DNA of 64,000 nucleotides from Alloascoidea hylecoeti (lineage: Eukaryota): contig BCKZ01000010.1 in the NCBI GenBank assembly GCA_001600815.1, forward strand, positions 681,506-745,505, read 5' to 3'. The notes beneath the pieces are model-generated. The model was not told where the DNA came from and did not search any database. It saw nothing but the letters and a program-made list of their open reading frames with translations. Position numbers and translations under genes: made by a program. Below, piece by piece: positions 11,410 to 23,119 of this stretch. How positions within the stretch are numbered: position 1 is the first letter of the stretch; each line of letters begins with the position of its first letter.

Positions 11410-12657
11410 TTACAAAACGTATGTATCATTAAATGATATTGATTCATAATCAAAATCAATTACATTATTATTCCCTCCATAATCCGGTGGATCAGTAGCA
11501 CCTAAAGCATTTCTTGGTGAACCACGCCTAAAAGGAGAACCAGTCAAAGAAGACACGGGCGAACTTAATATATCACTTACAGTTGGGGATTCAATATTAT
11601 TTAAATTAACAGCAGTTCCTAAAGGAGTATCTAATGATGATAGAGAACCAAAATCAGTTGTTCCAACAAAAGCCAGATTTAAAGAATCAGATAAATCTGA
11701 ATTATTTTGTAAAGATAATGGTAAGAAAGAATTTGAGTATGAAGATGATATCATCGGTTTGATATTATTCATTGAAAAGGATTCGGCATCATGAATAACA
11801 CCTCTTGTAACTTCAATATCTCTTAATAAATTCCTTACATGATTTGAATCAGTATTTGGAAAATGAATTCTAATAAATTTTGAGGAATTTAATGATTCGA
11901 TAGATATTGGTAATTCACCTAAATGTTCACCAATTTTGGCAATTTCATTGTTAATTTTGGGTAAATCAGAAGATGTTCTTTTCAAATCTTGATTAATGAT
12001 TTCAAGAGACTCATCATCTAAAAAGGTCATTGATGGAATTGTAAAACGTGGGGTAACATCAAAATCGACAAAAGTTCCCTTAAGTTTAGATTCACTGGTT
12101 GATTTTGATTTTGCCATGATTGTACTAACGGATCTAGAACCAGATCTTCTCTTCTTTAACAGATCATCTGATGAGTATAAAAATGCACGGAGATTCATGC
12201 TCATATTTTGAATGATTTGATGAGCTGAAGAACTATGGGTTGAAAACAAACGAGATGAGCCACCAACAGAATAACCGTAAGCATTTCTAGGAAGGGTTCC
12301 ACCGATAAGTTTTGGTCTCAAGATTGTTCTAAAAGCCGAACAAGATTGAGTGAAAGCTGCTAAAGAAGCATTAGCGCCACTGGGCATAAAATTTGGATGA
12401 AGAGACTTCTGTTGGAACTTTTGCTGAAACTTTTGTTTTGGAAACTGCGAATTCCGGGGAGCGTGAGATGCGAAATTTCGGGTCTGATTCCAAGGGTTTT
12501 GTCTTGGGACGGGGATTCTTGCCACTTGGGGTACGGGTTGTGCTCCTGGCGGCCAAACGGGGGACAATGTCCGGGACAGCTCCTGAAGCTGCTGCCGAAC
12601 ATTCTCCGCCGCTTTCCGGGACAGCGAGATAATCGAACGAAGCGATTTCCCTGCCAT
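11410..12657 (-). CDS. Spg5-like fungal protein (stationary phase protein 5 family)
   Basis: RPKLIGGTLPR..GYSVGG..RLFST...QIIQNMSMNLRAF and VDF...LGELPISI...IRIHFP blocks typical of this family. Confidence 0.6.
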   Translation of the reverse strand: MAGKSLRSIISLSRKAAENVRQQLQELSRTLSPVWPPGAQPVPQVARIPVPRQNPWNQTRNFASHAPRNSQFPKQKFQQKFQQKSLHPNFMPSGANASLAAFTQSCSAFRTILRPKLIGGTLPRNAYGYSVGGSSRLFSTHSSSAHQIIQNMSMNLRAFLYSSDDLLKKRRSGSRSVSTIMAKSKSTSESKLKGTFVDFDVTPRFTIPSMTFLDDESLEIINQDLKRTSSDLPKINNEIAKIGEHLGELPISIESLNSSKFIRIHFPNTDSNHVRNLLRDIEVTRGVIHDAESFSMNNIKPMISSSYSNSFLPLSLQNNSDLSDSLNLAFVGTTDFGSLSSLDTPLGTAVNLNNIESPTVSDILSSPVSSLTGSPFRRGSPRNALGATDPPDYGGNNNVIDFDYESISFNDTYVL

Positions 12658-12730
12658 CTTGAATATTCAGTTGTGTTGGTGATTTGAGGAAAGTGTGGGA
12701 CTAAACATGTTATAATAATTATCGCTCTAA

Positions 12731-12739
12731 GTTACCCGG
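12731..12739 (+). promoter_or_regulatory. Reb1-type site GTTACCCGG
   Basis: Exact TTACCCG in the short divergent promoter between the Spg5-like gene and SAM5. The same motif recurs at 34413 and 49439. Confidence 0.5.
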
Positions 12740-12795
12740 CCCGGAAAATAAGTTATAACCGATTATTAAATAAAGTGAAATATTCTTCGATATTA

Positions 12796-13771
12796 ATGTC
12801 TGTAGACTCCAACACTTTTTTCACTTCCTTAGTGGTATGAAGTCTTATTGTAACGATAAATCAATCGCAAAGTAATAATAGTTATTGTCTAGAGTGGAGC
12901 TGCTGCTGGTACCGCCACAGATGTGGTCTTTTTCCCAATTGATACTGTTAAGACCCGTCTTCAAGCAAAAGGTGGCTTTTTTTTAAATGGTGGTTGGAAA
13001 GGGATTTATAAGGGAATTGGAAGTATAACTGTTGCTTCCGCTCCAAGTGGTATGTCTTTTGTTGTTTTTCGCTTGTTGGTTTTTGTTGTGATTGTTCTAA
13101 TGGAAATTATAGCCTCATTATTTTTCGTTACCTATGATTCTGCCAAAATCATACTTAAACCTATAATATCCAATCATATTAAAAACCAAAATCTAAGCGA
13201 TAGTATTACTCATATGATAAGCGCATCTTTAGGGGAAATTTCAGCGTGTTTTGTGCGTGTTCCCGCTGAAGTTATAAAACAGAGAACTCAAGCATTCAAA
13301 CATAATTCATCCCTGGACTCTTTGAAATCAATTCTTAAAAATGAAAATAAAGAAGGTATATTAAAAGGTTTATATAGAGGTTGGGGAATTACAATTATGA
13401 GAGAAATTCCTTTTACGATTATTGAATATCCATTATATGAGTATCTAAAAAAAGTTGTAGCTAAAAAATCCAACAAGGAAAAAGCAAGTCCTAGTCAAGG
13501 TGCTTTATGTGGTTCAATCGCTGGCGGTGTTGCCGCAGCTATAACAACTCCATTAGATGTAATTAAAACAAGAAAAATGTTACATAAAGATCAAATTTCT
13601 GTTTCCAAATTAGTTAGTAGTATTATTAAAGAAGAAGGTTATTCTTCATTTTGGAGAGGAATTGGTCCAAGAACAATGTGGATGAGCTTTGGTGGGGCTA
13701 TTTTCCTTGGTGTTTATGAAACCGTTTCAAGTTTTATTCCTAAACCAACTACATCAACAACCGCATTTTGA
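12796..13771 (+). CDS. SAM5: Mitochondrial S-adenosylmethionine carrier; exons 12796-12834, 12893-13049, 13113-13771
   Basis: Three carrier signatures (PIDTVKTRLQ, PAEVIKQR, PLDVIKTR), ASAPS(A)SLFF and REIPF. GTATGA..TAG and GTATGT..TAG introns restore the frame and N-terminus. S. cerevisiae alias PET8. Confidence 0.9.
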
Positions 13772-13850
13772 TTATAGAAATATATAAATAGATAACACTA
13801 AAATTTGTAAATAAGATGATAATAAAAAAGTTATAGACAGACTCATACTA

Positions 13851-13963
13851 ATTAACGAGCTGATATCATGATTTTTTTTACCAATTTGTTTCTTTCTAGC
13901 ATATTTTATTAACGAGCTGATATTATGATTTTTTTACCAATTTGTTTTTTTCTAGCATATTTT
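13851..13963. repeat. Tandem ~57-bp duplication of the DCC1 3' end
   Basis: 13851-13907 and 13908-13963 differ by two substitutions and one T indel. Confidence 0.9.
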
Positions 13964-14949
13964 ATTATAAAACTTTCAATTTTTATATTTCTTGTATTTA
14001 AATCCTTAACATATGGTATAATATCATCCAATTCCCAAGATGATTGTTCTTTAAATAAACGTTTAAATCTAATAACTGGATCTTTTGATAAATTTGATAT
14101 TGGGAAATATTGAATTTTATTTGGTAATGGTTGTGAATAGTAACCTCTTAATTGACTGATTTCAAATTTTGTTTTGAAAGTTGTTGGAATTAATTGTTTC
14201 CAACTTGTAATAAAATCTTTTTGTGAAATTAACGATGATGATGATAATTTTTTCAAAGCTTGAATACCATAGAATTTTGTAATTTTTTCAGAATTTAATT
14301 CAAATGGTTCAATTATTGTATTTGAAAAATATTTTAAAGTTGTTTGAATTAAATTTGAATCAAACTCAGAATCATTTATTATTGATATTATTTTATCAAT
14401 TGTTATATTTTTATATAATTCTCCTTCTTTACAATCTATTGTTGACGAAGCAGTTATAATTATATTTAATGATTCCATTAATAGATCCTGTGATAAAATA
14501 CATGATATTCCATTAAGTTCACATCCACCAACAGAAGCCCACAGTTGATCAAATTCTAAATCTGACATTGGGGAATTTTTCTTTAAAGTTGATAAGGAAG
14601 GTGTTTGATCAGTTAAAATATCATTAATACTGTTATATATTGGAATATCATTAATATTTAATTTTGGTGATATTTTAGTACATTCCAAAAGAAATTTTAT
14701 ATCTGTAAAAGCAAACATATCATTTTCATCATGTTTTTTAGTTAATAAAAGAGTATTGGTATGATGAACTTGTCTTAATTGAAAAGTTGAATCAGCAACA
14801 CATAAAACGGCGTCCGAATTCTCATCTGAGGCTTTTATAGAGATATCTTCAGTGACATTGTTTCCTTTCATCACCAGTTTCTGTAGTTCTGGAGTCAGTC
14901 GTAACAAATGATACCCTGTTTCTGGTTTCTGGGATAAATACAAGTCCAT
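13909..14949 (-). CDS. DCC1: Sister chromatid cohesion protein Dcc1 (Ctf18-RFC subunit)
   Basis: Y.LLRLTPEL, DAVLC..STFQLRQVHHTNTLLL, C-terminal DP..RFKRLF..W.LDDIIPYV...FIIKYAR. Likely start at MDLYLSQ. Confidence 0.9.
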   Translation of the reverse strand: MDLYLSQKPETGYHLLRLTPELQKLVMKGNNVTEDISIKASDENSDAVLCVADSTFQLRQVHHTNTLLLTKKHDENDMFAFTDIKFLLECTKISPKLNINDIPIYNSINDILTDQTPSLSTLKKNSPMSDLEFDQLWASVGGCELNGISCILSQDLLMESLNIIITASSTIDCKEGELYKNITIDKIISIINDSEFDSNLIQTTLKYFSNTIIEPFELNSEKITKFYGIQALKKLSSSSLISQKDFITSWKQLIPTTFKTKFEISQLRGYYSQPLPNKIQYFPISNLSKDPVIRFKRLFKEQSSWELDDIIPYVKDLNTRNIKIESFIIKYARKKQIGKKIIISAR

Positions 14950-15003
14950 GATGAAGAAGATGATGAGATGCAGTTGGTCAGAGAACAAACAATATTTATA
15001 ACC

Positions 15004-15011
15004 ATCACGTG
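15004..15011 (+). promoter_or_regulatory. Cbf1-type E-box ATCACGTG
   Basis: In the ~170-bp DCC1/BUD3 divergent promoter. The same motif occurs at 23203-23210 (minus strand) and 49457-49464. Confidence 0.45.
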
Positions 15012-15116
15012 CCATTGTTGTTGTATACCACAAGCGTAAATCCCAAATTTTAAATGTTTAGTCCTCGCAAATTAGCTAATTTTCCTTTTTTCTCCGAGCC
15101 TCTCCAGTCGATATTA

Positions 15117-18100
15117 ATGGAAGAAGAAACAGACTCCTGTGCCATCTCCGTCCCCCACCTGGCCGCCCCTGGGTCTGGAGTGTGGGAGAATGTGGCTTAT
15201 TATGTTGGAACGGACCCAATGTTTGGGAAAGTGATGGTCGTTTTATACCGACCTCAAGATTCCTCAAAATATTCCTCTGTTTTCTTATCTTCCCATGGCA
15301 TATCTCATTACAGAAATATAACAGTTGACCCCAGGTCAAGATACTATTTGGCCTGTCAAAACTTACCTGTTGAAATGGAACATGATGTTCGAAGATGTGC
15401 GTTAGCCATTACAGCTTTAAGAACTTATGCTTCTCTTCCACAGAATACAAAAGTTGCTCTAATCTCTTCTTCACAATCTCCAACTGGTTATCCTTTAACG
15501 TTTGATGAAACTTCAGCCGGAGATTTTGCTGCTACAATGAGATTAATACCAATCCATGAAAACCATTCTTCAATAACAACCGCTATGGAACAACTAGGAT
15601 TATTTCAAACTAAAAAAATAAACTCTGCAGTAATAGATGTTATATACTCAAATGAATCTAACGTTATTAATGATAATAATAATTTAGTTTTTTTATTAGG
15701 ACAGCAATTAGAACAATTATTTGATCCTTTAACTGAATATTCTCCAGAACCAACCGAAAAGTTATATGACCCACCATGTCCTGGTTCGCCTGACTCTTCA
15801 AATTCAACTCGTTCAACTGATTCTTTAGATTCTAATGTTGTTAGGGCAATTTGTAACGAGCTAGTTCAGGTTGAAGCAACTTTCACAAATAGTCTTGTTC
15901 TATTTCTACAAAATTTTATTGTTCCTTTACGTGTTTTTGTAATGAATAATAATAATAACAATAACAATACATTATTATCAATAACAAAGTTAAATTCAGT
16001 TTTCCCACCAACAATTGATGAAATTACGAGGATAAATTGTTTATTTTCTGAAGCTCTTGTTAAAGCTCAAAATTTTGGTTCTTTTGAAATTGTAAAAGCA
16101 TGTGGTATTACAATCCCTTATTTTTATAAAGCCTACATGAGACATGAAGCAGCTACTTTAGATTTTGGTGAAAAATTAAGAGAAATTTATCCTTTAATTC
16201 AACCATTTATGAATACTAATAGTAATACATTATCAGATTTAAATTCAGATTTAAAAATTGCAAATTATAGTATTGCTAAAATTGAATCTTTAATTCATAG
16301 TAGTTTAAATCTTGCAAGATTAAAATTAATTCTTGATCGTTTAATGAATGAAAAAGTTTGGTTACAAGAAGAAGAAGAATTAGTTTCAAAATATTACAGA
16401 TCTTCCGTTGGTACAATTGATGATTTTGCAACTCGTTCAACTGTTGATGATAGTTATAATAATAGAATTTTCACCCCAACTGGTAGTATATTACCTGAAT
16501 TAACAACTGATTGGCCTCCTGAACTTCAACATGGTTCAATATCAAGAAGAGTCGTTTCAATTGTTGATGTTGTTAATTTATTACCTGAAACTGATAACAA
16601 TTATAATAACATAACAAGAAAAAAACTTGATATTATTATTATTTTTACAGATAATGCTTTATTTTTAACAGTTGATGATAACGATTATATAAATAAACAT
16701 TTCTCACATTTTCATTATTCAAATTCTTTTAAATTATTTAAAGATAATAGCATGCATAGGCCAAGTATTGCAGATATGTTAATGCATTCTTTAGTTAATA
16801 AAGTACCTTTAAAAAATTTACCAAAATTAAGAGTTGAAGGTTGGTGTCCAATACAAGATATTTATGCTTCTGAATTTAATAATGGTTCTGGTTTACATTT
16901 ATTTGTTAAAGGAGAAGGTATAAGACAAACACAAATACAACAACAACAACAACAACAACAACCACAAAAATCATCAATTAATACACCTTATCTTCGACTT
17001 TATCAATTTAGTAATCCAAATAAATATAGTAATACATCACAATTTGTTGAATTAATTAATAAAGCAAAAGTTTTAAGTAAAACTCAACCATTACATTTAT
17101 TTCAAGAATCTTTCCCAGAACTTCATTTATTTTCAACAGCTCATGAAGTTTCAACATATTTAAAAGAAGAAAAAAAATTCCCTGTTGCAATTTTATTGAA
17201 TATGGAAATTAGTATGTCATTTCTAGAAGAAAATGATTTATTTGCTTGTTATTCAATATCATTTACAAATGAAGAATTAGATCAACCGCAACAAAACCAT
17301 CAATATCAAAATCGTCAAAATTATAGAAATGTCAAATTAATGGGATTAACAAAAGCAGGTAATATAACAAGAATGATTATTAAAAGTTCATCTTTACCAT
17401 TATGTTTATGTAAAGAAGTATCAAGAGCTTATTCATTATTTTTATCACAATTTAATGAAGGAATAGTTGATCAATATATTGAAATAAATAAATCAATTGT
17501 TGATTTTTTAAGTAATAAGTTAATTAATCATTTTGAATCAAATTCAAAAGTTTTTAAACCGAATCAACAACAACAACAACAATCTTCATCATCATCTGGT
17601 AGATCAATAAAATCATTTCATTCTCAATCTGGTTCTATTAATGTTTTACCTGTTGATTCAAATAGATCAAGTGTTCGTTTTGCTTCATCCATATTGCAAA
17701 ATAATACCAAACATAATTCAATTGGTATTGATCCTACAATGGCCCATAGTAGAATAAGTGTGCAATCATCAATTACTTCAACTTCTAAAAAAGAATCAGA
17801 GAAAAAACAACAGCATAGAAGATCAATTCCAATATTTGATAAAGTTAAAACATTCTTTCACAGATCATTATCACGTTCAAAACATAGTGGTAAAAACCAT
17901 AATAGAAATGGTAGATCTACTTCAGTTGGTGTTCAATCACTTTATATACCTAGCACTAGTGATGATTGTGATAATTCAGATGATAATGAAATTGCTCCTA
18001 CAAATTCATTAGAACATTATAAAAGAAAAAAAGATTCTGTTAGCTCATTACGATTAAAACCTGAAAAGAAAAGGGTAAAATCTGAATTAATGAATCCTTC

Positions 18101-19643
18101 TGGTCTAAGAAATGTGACTTTACCAAATACTTCTTTGAATTCTCAAGATGTAGGAAAAGAAACGTATAATATTAATATTAATAATAATCATAATAATAAT
18201 AATAATAATATAGCTCCTAGTATTTCTTTAAAAAAATCGATTTTACCTGGTGAAATCTCATCATCTAATAATAATAGCAACATGTTAATTGATGATGGAG
18301 CAACGATGCCTGAAGAACCAATTATTTCTGCACCGAATAATATTAACCTATCTCCAAACTTGGTTAAACCTTTGCTTGACCAAATACCTACTACTACCCC
18401 AGTTACACTTACTACCCCAGTTACTAATTCTCAAAGACCGTTAAGTCATTATACGAATGCTAGTGAACAAAGTTCAAAAAGTAATAAGAGTGATATTACT
18501 AGTCAAACTAGTTTGGATATGCCTAGCAGTTTTGTTGGTGCTGGTGATGGAAATACTACTGGTGGAACTCTGACACCTAAAAATCATCAAAGACACAAAT
18601 CTTCGGCTTCTAGTCAAGCATATGCTCATAAGCCTAGTTATTCGGTGGCTACTGAGACAGATAAATCTGCGACACCAAGTACCGTGCGTGGATCAAAAAT
18701 GATAGCTGCAACTTCCGCTAATAATAATAATGATGATGATGATGATGATAGTATTAAGGATATTTTTAAATATTCATCATATATTGAGGATAATAGCAAT
18801 GAAACAGCGACCAAGAATTTTGAAGTTTTAGCTTCAAGTACCGAAGAAGAAGTTGGGTTATACTTTAAAAATCATTCATCTTCATTCTTTGATGATGATT
18901 CTCCAGTGCAAAAAGTACATAAACATCCGAAAGAACGTCTTGATTTTAATAACAATAATGATGGTAGTGCAAATGAGGTAAACTCTAAGAACAGTAATGG
19001 CAATTATCCTTATGTCATATCAAGTTCATTATCTTCATTATCCGTTACTTATGATGAAACAATTTCAAGTCCAAGAAGCGATCATCAAAGAAGATTATTT
19101 GTTGGTTTAACATCTCCTGAAAATCAACCAAGAACAACTTCATCTCGCACAGCTGATTCTGATTCATTATGTGGAGATGATGCTGATGAATTCTTTGCAA
19201 CTGATTTACCTTCTTATAGGAAGAAAAATCAAATACTACCAGCAATGAAAATGAAAACAAGAACAAATGCTGGTACTGTTTCAGGAGTAAATGGAAATGC
19301 AGTGGCTACTGCAAATGATTACATGTCAACACGAAAATTCTCCGCGAACAGTTACCAATCTGGTAGTTCAGAATGGGTTACTGAATCTGAATATTCTAAT
19401 AGTGTTAAACCAAGTAGAAGTTCCCTTAATAATATCTTAAGAGATCCTAAATGTTCAACCCCAATATATGGTAGTTTTATGGACAGGAATAAAGCTCCAC
19501 AATTGACATCACAACAGCGGGAGAGTTTCAAGGAGAGTCCACAAGAAACAATTGATAGTGTTTTAACTGAGGATCCTATACTTAATTCTTATGAATACCT
19601 TATTGATGCAATGTCTAGATTTGATACGCATGAAAATATTTAA
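15117..19643 (+). CDS. BUD3: Bud site selection protein Bud3 (DH/RhoGEF-like domain)
   Basis: LLGQQLEQLFDPLTEYSPEPTE, DH-like EL..E..F...L..FLQNFIVPLR and FPPTIDEITRINC, long low-complexity C-terminus. Next to DCC1 as in S. cerevisiae. The start could also be 15054. Confidence 0.85.
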   Translation: MEEETDSCAISVPHLAAPGSGVWENVAYYVGTDPMFGKVMVVLYRPQDSSKYSSVFLSSHGISHYRNITVDPRSRYYLACQNLPVEMEHDVRRCALAITALRTYASLPQNTKVALISSSQSPTGYPLTFDETSAGDFAATMRLIPIHENHSSITTAMEQLGLFQTKKINSAVIDVIYSNESNVINDNNNLVFLLGQQLEQLFDPLTEYSPEPTEKLYDPPCPGSPDSSNSTRSTDSLDSNVVRAICNELVQVEATFTNSLVLFLQNFIVPLRVFVMNNNNNNNNTLLSITKLNSVFPPTIDEITRINCLFSEALVKAQNFGSFEIVKACGITIPYFYKAYMRHEAATLDFGEKLREIYPLIQPFMNTNSNTLSDLNSDLKIANYSIAKIESLIHSSLNLARLKLILDRLMNEKVWLQEEEELVSKYYRSSVGTIDDFATRSTVDDSYNNRIFTPTGSILPELTTDWPPELQHGSISRRVVSIVDVVNLLPETDNNYNNITRKKLDIIIIFTDNALFLTVDDNDYINKHFSHFHYSNSFKLFKDNSMHRPSIADMLMHSLVNKVPLKNLPKLRVEGWCPIQDIYASEFNNGSGLHLFVKGEGIRQTQIQQQQQQQQPQKSSINTPYLRLYQFSNPNKYSNTSQFVELINKAKVLSKTQPLHLFQESFPELHLFSTAHEVSTYLKEEKKFPVAILLNMEISMSFLEENDLFACYSISFTNEELDQPQQNHQYQNRQNYRNVKLMGLTKAGNITRMIIKSSSLPLCLCKEVSRAYSLFLSQFNEGIVDQYIEINKSIVDFLSNKLINHFESNSKVFKPNQQQQQQSSSSSGRSIKSFHSQSGSINVLPVDSNRSSVRFASSILQNNTKHNSIGIDPTMAHSRISVQSSITSTSKKESEKKQQHRRSIPIFDKVKTFFHRSLSRSKHSGKNHNRNGRSTSVGVQSLYIPSTSDDCDNSDDNEIAPTNSLEHYKRKKDSVSSLRLKPEKKRVKSELMNPSGLRNVTLPNTSLNSQDVGKETYNININNNHNNNNNNIAPSISLKKSILPGEISSSNNNSNMLIDDGATMPEEPIISAPNNINLSPNLVKPLLDQIPTTTPVTLTTPVTNSQRPLSHYTNASEQSSKSNKSDITSQTSLDMPSSFVGAGDGNTTGGTLTPKNHQRHKSSASSQAYAHKPSYSVATETDKSATPSTVRGSKMIAATSANNNNDDDDDDSIKDIFKYSSYIEDNSNETATKNFEVLASSTEEEVGLYFKNHSSSFFDDDSPVQKVHKHPKERLDFNNNNDGSANEVNSKNSNGNYPYVISSSLSSLSVTYDETISSPRSDHQRRLFVGLTSPENQPRTTSSRTADSDSLCGDDADEFFATDLPSYRKKNQILPAMKMKTRTNAGTVSGVNGNAVATANDYMSTRKFSANSYQSGSSEWVTESEYSNSVKPSRSSLNNILRDPKCSTPIYGSFMDRNKAPQLTSQQRESFKESPQETIDSVLTEDPILNSYEYLIDAMSRFDTHENI

Positions 19644-21526
19644 ATGATTTGGCTATGGTCTCTACAAGTTATACGTGAACTACTTGTGTTACAAAACATT
19701 TTTAACAATTTTTTTTCTTTTGTTTCTCTCCATATATTCCCAATCTTTTGATCTTGATATTTTGCCTTTCGCTCTTTCGATGTTTTAAAAAAGTTATTTG
19801 CAAACAAAAATATAAAATGTCTTCTTTTTTTCTCTTTTTTCTTTTGATTTTAAACAAGTTAGGGGGTTGAATTTTCATGCTACTGTTTTTTTCTGCTTTC
19901 CAGCTGGTTTATAGTCTATATATTGTTTGTTAATTATTTTGGTTTTGTGATTATTTTATAATATATGCTTTAGTTTTTCTTATTATATTCGATATGTTAT
20001 GCATACATTTATATAAATACTCCCTATGTTTTGTTTAAATTTACTTTACATTTATTTCAGATTATGAGTCTGTAGTACTTTGTACTCTTCCATCTAGTAT
20101 ATTTTCTTCATTCAATGGCCTTAAACTTTATAATAAACTGTCCCATTTCTTCTATATGTTCTTCTTTTGTATTGATGATCAGCTCTTTAATTCTTACTCT
20201 ATCTGGGCTGATCATGATTTTCTTTGGGATCTGGATTATATTAATCTTCCTTTGTATGAGCTATATGTATTATTGTCATTTGTGTCGATTAAAAAGTAAT
20301 TCTATGTAAAGAGTAGTAGGAAAAAAATTCAGAATAACTATAATCAACCCCCGATGAAAATGAATAAGAGAAAAATAATACTAATGATCAAAAAATAAAC
20401 AAAAACTCAGATATAAGTGAATATCTAACATCAGCAAGAGAATTAGATTTTATGGGCTTGTGAGTATACACTGGGGATTACTGTTTAAGGAAGGTCCCAG
20501 TATTTAAGTGAAATACAGTATGGACTCCACCACATTCCTATGAACAGTTTATCGATTAACACTTAAGCGTGGCCGGTCTTAAACTGTCGACTACAAGTGT
20601 ACAACTACATCTAGATCTAGCTGGACTTAACTAATCATGCAGTAATCACCACTAAAGTTACCCTGATCACCTACATCTTATTATGATTATGAAAATTGAG
20701 TAGTAACAGCAACAATATATAATTATGCTTGACAGGTCTCAATATATTTGTAATTAGTTGTCCAGATAAACTTATTCTAATAGTCTAATAGAGACTTCTA
20801 GATTAATGATCTACCACCCCTTCTTATTTTTTATGATCAAAATTCTTTAATTCTGCTATTCATATGACATTAATACTTGAATTGGAGTTGTTGATGTTGT
20901 TTTCTTCTAATTGTTGGAATTAAGATCTAAATTACTTGATACTACAACATCATTTGCGAAAAATGTTGTGCATGCAATTGCAACGACATCAAGACATAAT
21001 ACGTATTATATAGCAATTTTAAAGCCAACAACAACGAATTAATATAAAATTATAATCATAATCAAATACTTAGAATAATCATTAATTATAGGCCAAGAAC
21101 TTGTATGTTTATGACATGTTCTGCATTATTATATTCAAAGGAGTTGTTAAATCTGCATAAATATCTAATTCCGTTCCCCATACCGTATAATTATACATTA
21201 TTATATATTAAATTTATAATAATATAACATCACTGACTCCTTTTTTTTACTGTCCTTCTAGGTTTTCCTCGTCAATACATTTTACAAAAATCCCGTTAAT
21301 TCCTTTCGTTTCATTATTCTCAAAAACGTCGATTAAATAATCTGTTTATCATCTTAAAGAGGTTTATATTCAAGTGGGAAGAGCATTAGTATCTATTTGT
21401 CGCGCCTTAGCTCTTACCATCTACATATTGAAAATACAACTAGAATAAAAATTGTTCCAAATTTACTAATTTCGGTTCCCTCGCTAACTTCTCCCAAATC
21501 AAACGACTTCAAATAAAATCAGAGAA

Positions 21527-22150
21527 ATGTCATTTTTTAAAGGTTATGAAAAGAGTGAGTATTATTTTTATAAAATACTTGTACCCATCATTCATATTTA
21601 TGCGTATGAAAACTATATCTATAGTAGATGTATTTCTTTCTTTTAGTACAAAGTTTTAACAATATTAGTATTAAATAATTTAGGGCATCGAAGAAAGAAT
21701 AAGAGAAATAATAGAGAAAAACATCAAAGTCAAATTGTTTATTCATCGTTAGAACCATCGGGTCCAACAAGCCCAGCAAGTGCACCAGTTCGATATAGTT
21801 ATCAAAAGCATGATAGAAGTAGACTTAGCTTTTTCTCAGATATGAATATGGGTCTGTCATCTCGTGCTTTTGATCTAACTGTACATAATTTAGATGATAA
21901 TGAAACGCGGATGGGATTAGATGAAAGTTCAAAAGAAGGGATTTTAGAAATTATGAAGAATAGAAAAGATTTATCTTTTGATGATGCGCGACTATTATAT
22001 ATAATGAGAAAGATGTATGAAAATGGAATAGGTAAGTTAATTTCACATTTATGTTTATAAATCTAGGTTTGCTAATGATTTATTTTATTTTAATGTATAG
22101 CACCAGATGGAACACCAATGGACCCTAGAGCAGTCTGCTTTAGTACTTAA
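21527..22150 (+). CDS. DUF2015/UPF0357 protein (YCL012C-like); probable exons 21527-21554, 21684-22031, 22101-22150
   Basis: SFFSDMNMGLSSRAFDL...RMGLD...EIMK..LSFDDARLLY...NGI|APDGTPMDPRAVCFS after removing a GTAAGT..GCTAAT..TAG intron (22032-22100). The 5' exon structure is uncertain. Confidence 0.75.
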
Positions 22151-22549
22151 TGATAATTAATTTATATAACTTCACAATGAACTGAACTACAAATACCAGT
22201 TAATAATAATATGATATATGATCAAATTAATTAATATACTTTTTGTTCAAATCACAGATTATGGCATTTAATAAATATACTTCTTTTAATAAATGATAAG
22301 CCATAAGTAAAAAAAAAAAAAAAAAAAAAAAAGAAAGGAAAATATAGGTGTATGTGTAATTATATAAATATCGGTAAATCAACTTTTATAGTGGTACAAA
22401 TGGAGAAAAAAAAATATTGATAGATTATACATTAAATCTTCAATTCAAAATATATTATCATTATTACTATTATCGTTGCTTCTTTCTTTCTTTGATTGTG
22501 GCCGTGTAACATTGATTGATTGAATATAACCTTATATTATATTAATTAA

Positions 22550-23119
22550 TTATTTACTTTGCTTCTTTCCATATTTTGTCTTTCCAATATCAAAGGGAAG
22601 ATACTTATATTTTATCATATGTTCAATTTGTTTCCTTAAAGTAGCCGTTAATAAAATAATGAAATAAATCAATAAAATTGGCCAAAAGACTGGAATATCA
22701 CAAGCTGGAATAAATGCACAAACCAATGAAATAGTAATAGCTCTTATACCCCGATACCAAAATTTAAACTCAGGTAATCTTCTAATAAATGGACGGAATT
22801 CATCATCTTCATTTGTTGGTAAACCTTCTTCAATTTCAGCATCTTTTGTCTCTTGTTCTAAAACAGGATTGAACTTTGGTTGTAAAAATGCCAAGAATAA
22901 ACTTAGAAGATAGATTGCCAATATATAACAAACAATATACCACCCTTGTGCCAATATAATTCTTAGCATAAACAAAGAAAATAAAACACCAAAACTGACC
23001 CATCTATAGAGCATAAATGGTGTAGTTTTATCTAAATAGCCTTGATAGATCATTTGAATATGCTGGACTCGTTTGGAGATTCCATCGAACGGAGTGGGGG
23101 ATTCGTCCATAGCATCCAT
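22550..23119 (-). CDS. RER1: Golgi-to-ER retrieval receptor Rer1
   Basis: YQ.YLDKTTP, EFRPFIRRLPEFKFW, DIPVFWPILLIYF, HMIKYKYLPFDIGK. Confidence 0.97.
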   Translation of the reverse strand: MDAMDESPTPFDGISKRVQHIQMIYQGYLDKTTPFMLYRWVSFGVLFSLFMLRIILAQGWYIVCYILAIYLLSLFLAFLQPKFNPVLEQETKDAEIEEGLPTNEDDEFRPFIRRLPEFKFWYRGIRAITISLVCAFIPACDIPVFWPILLIYFIILLTATLRKQIEHMIKYKYLPFDIGKTKYGKKQSK

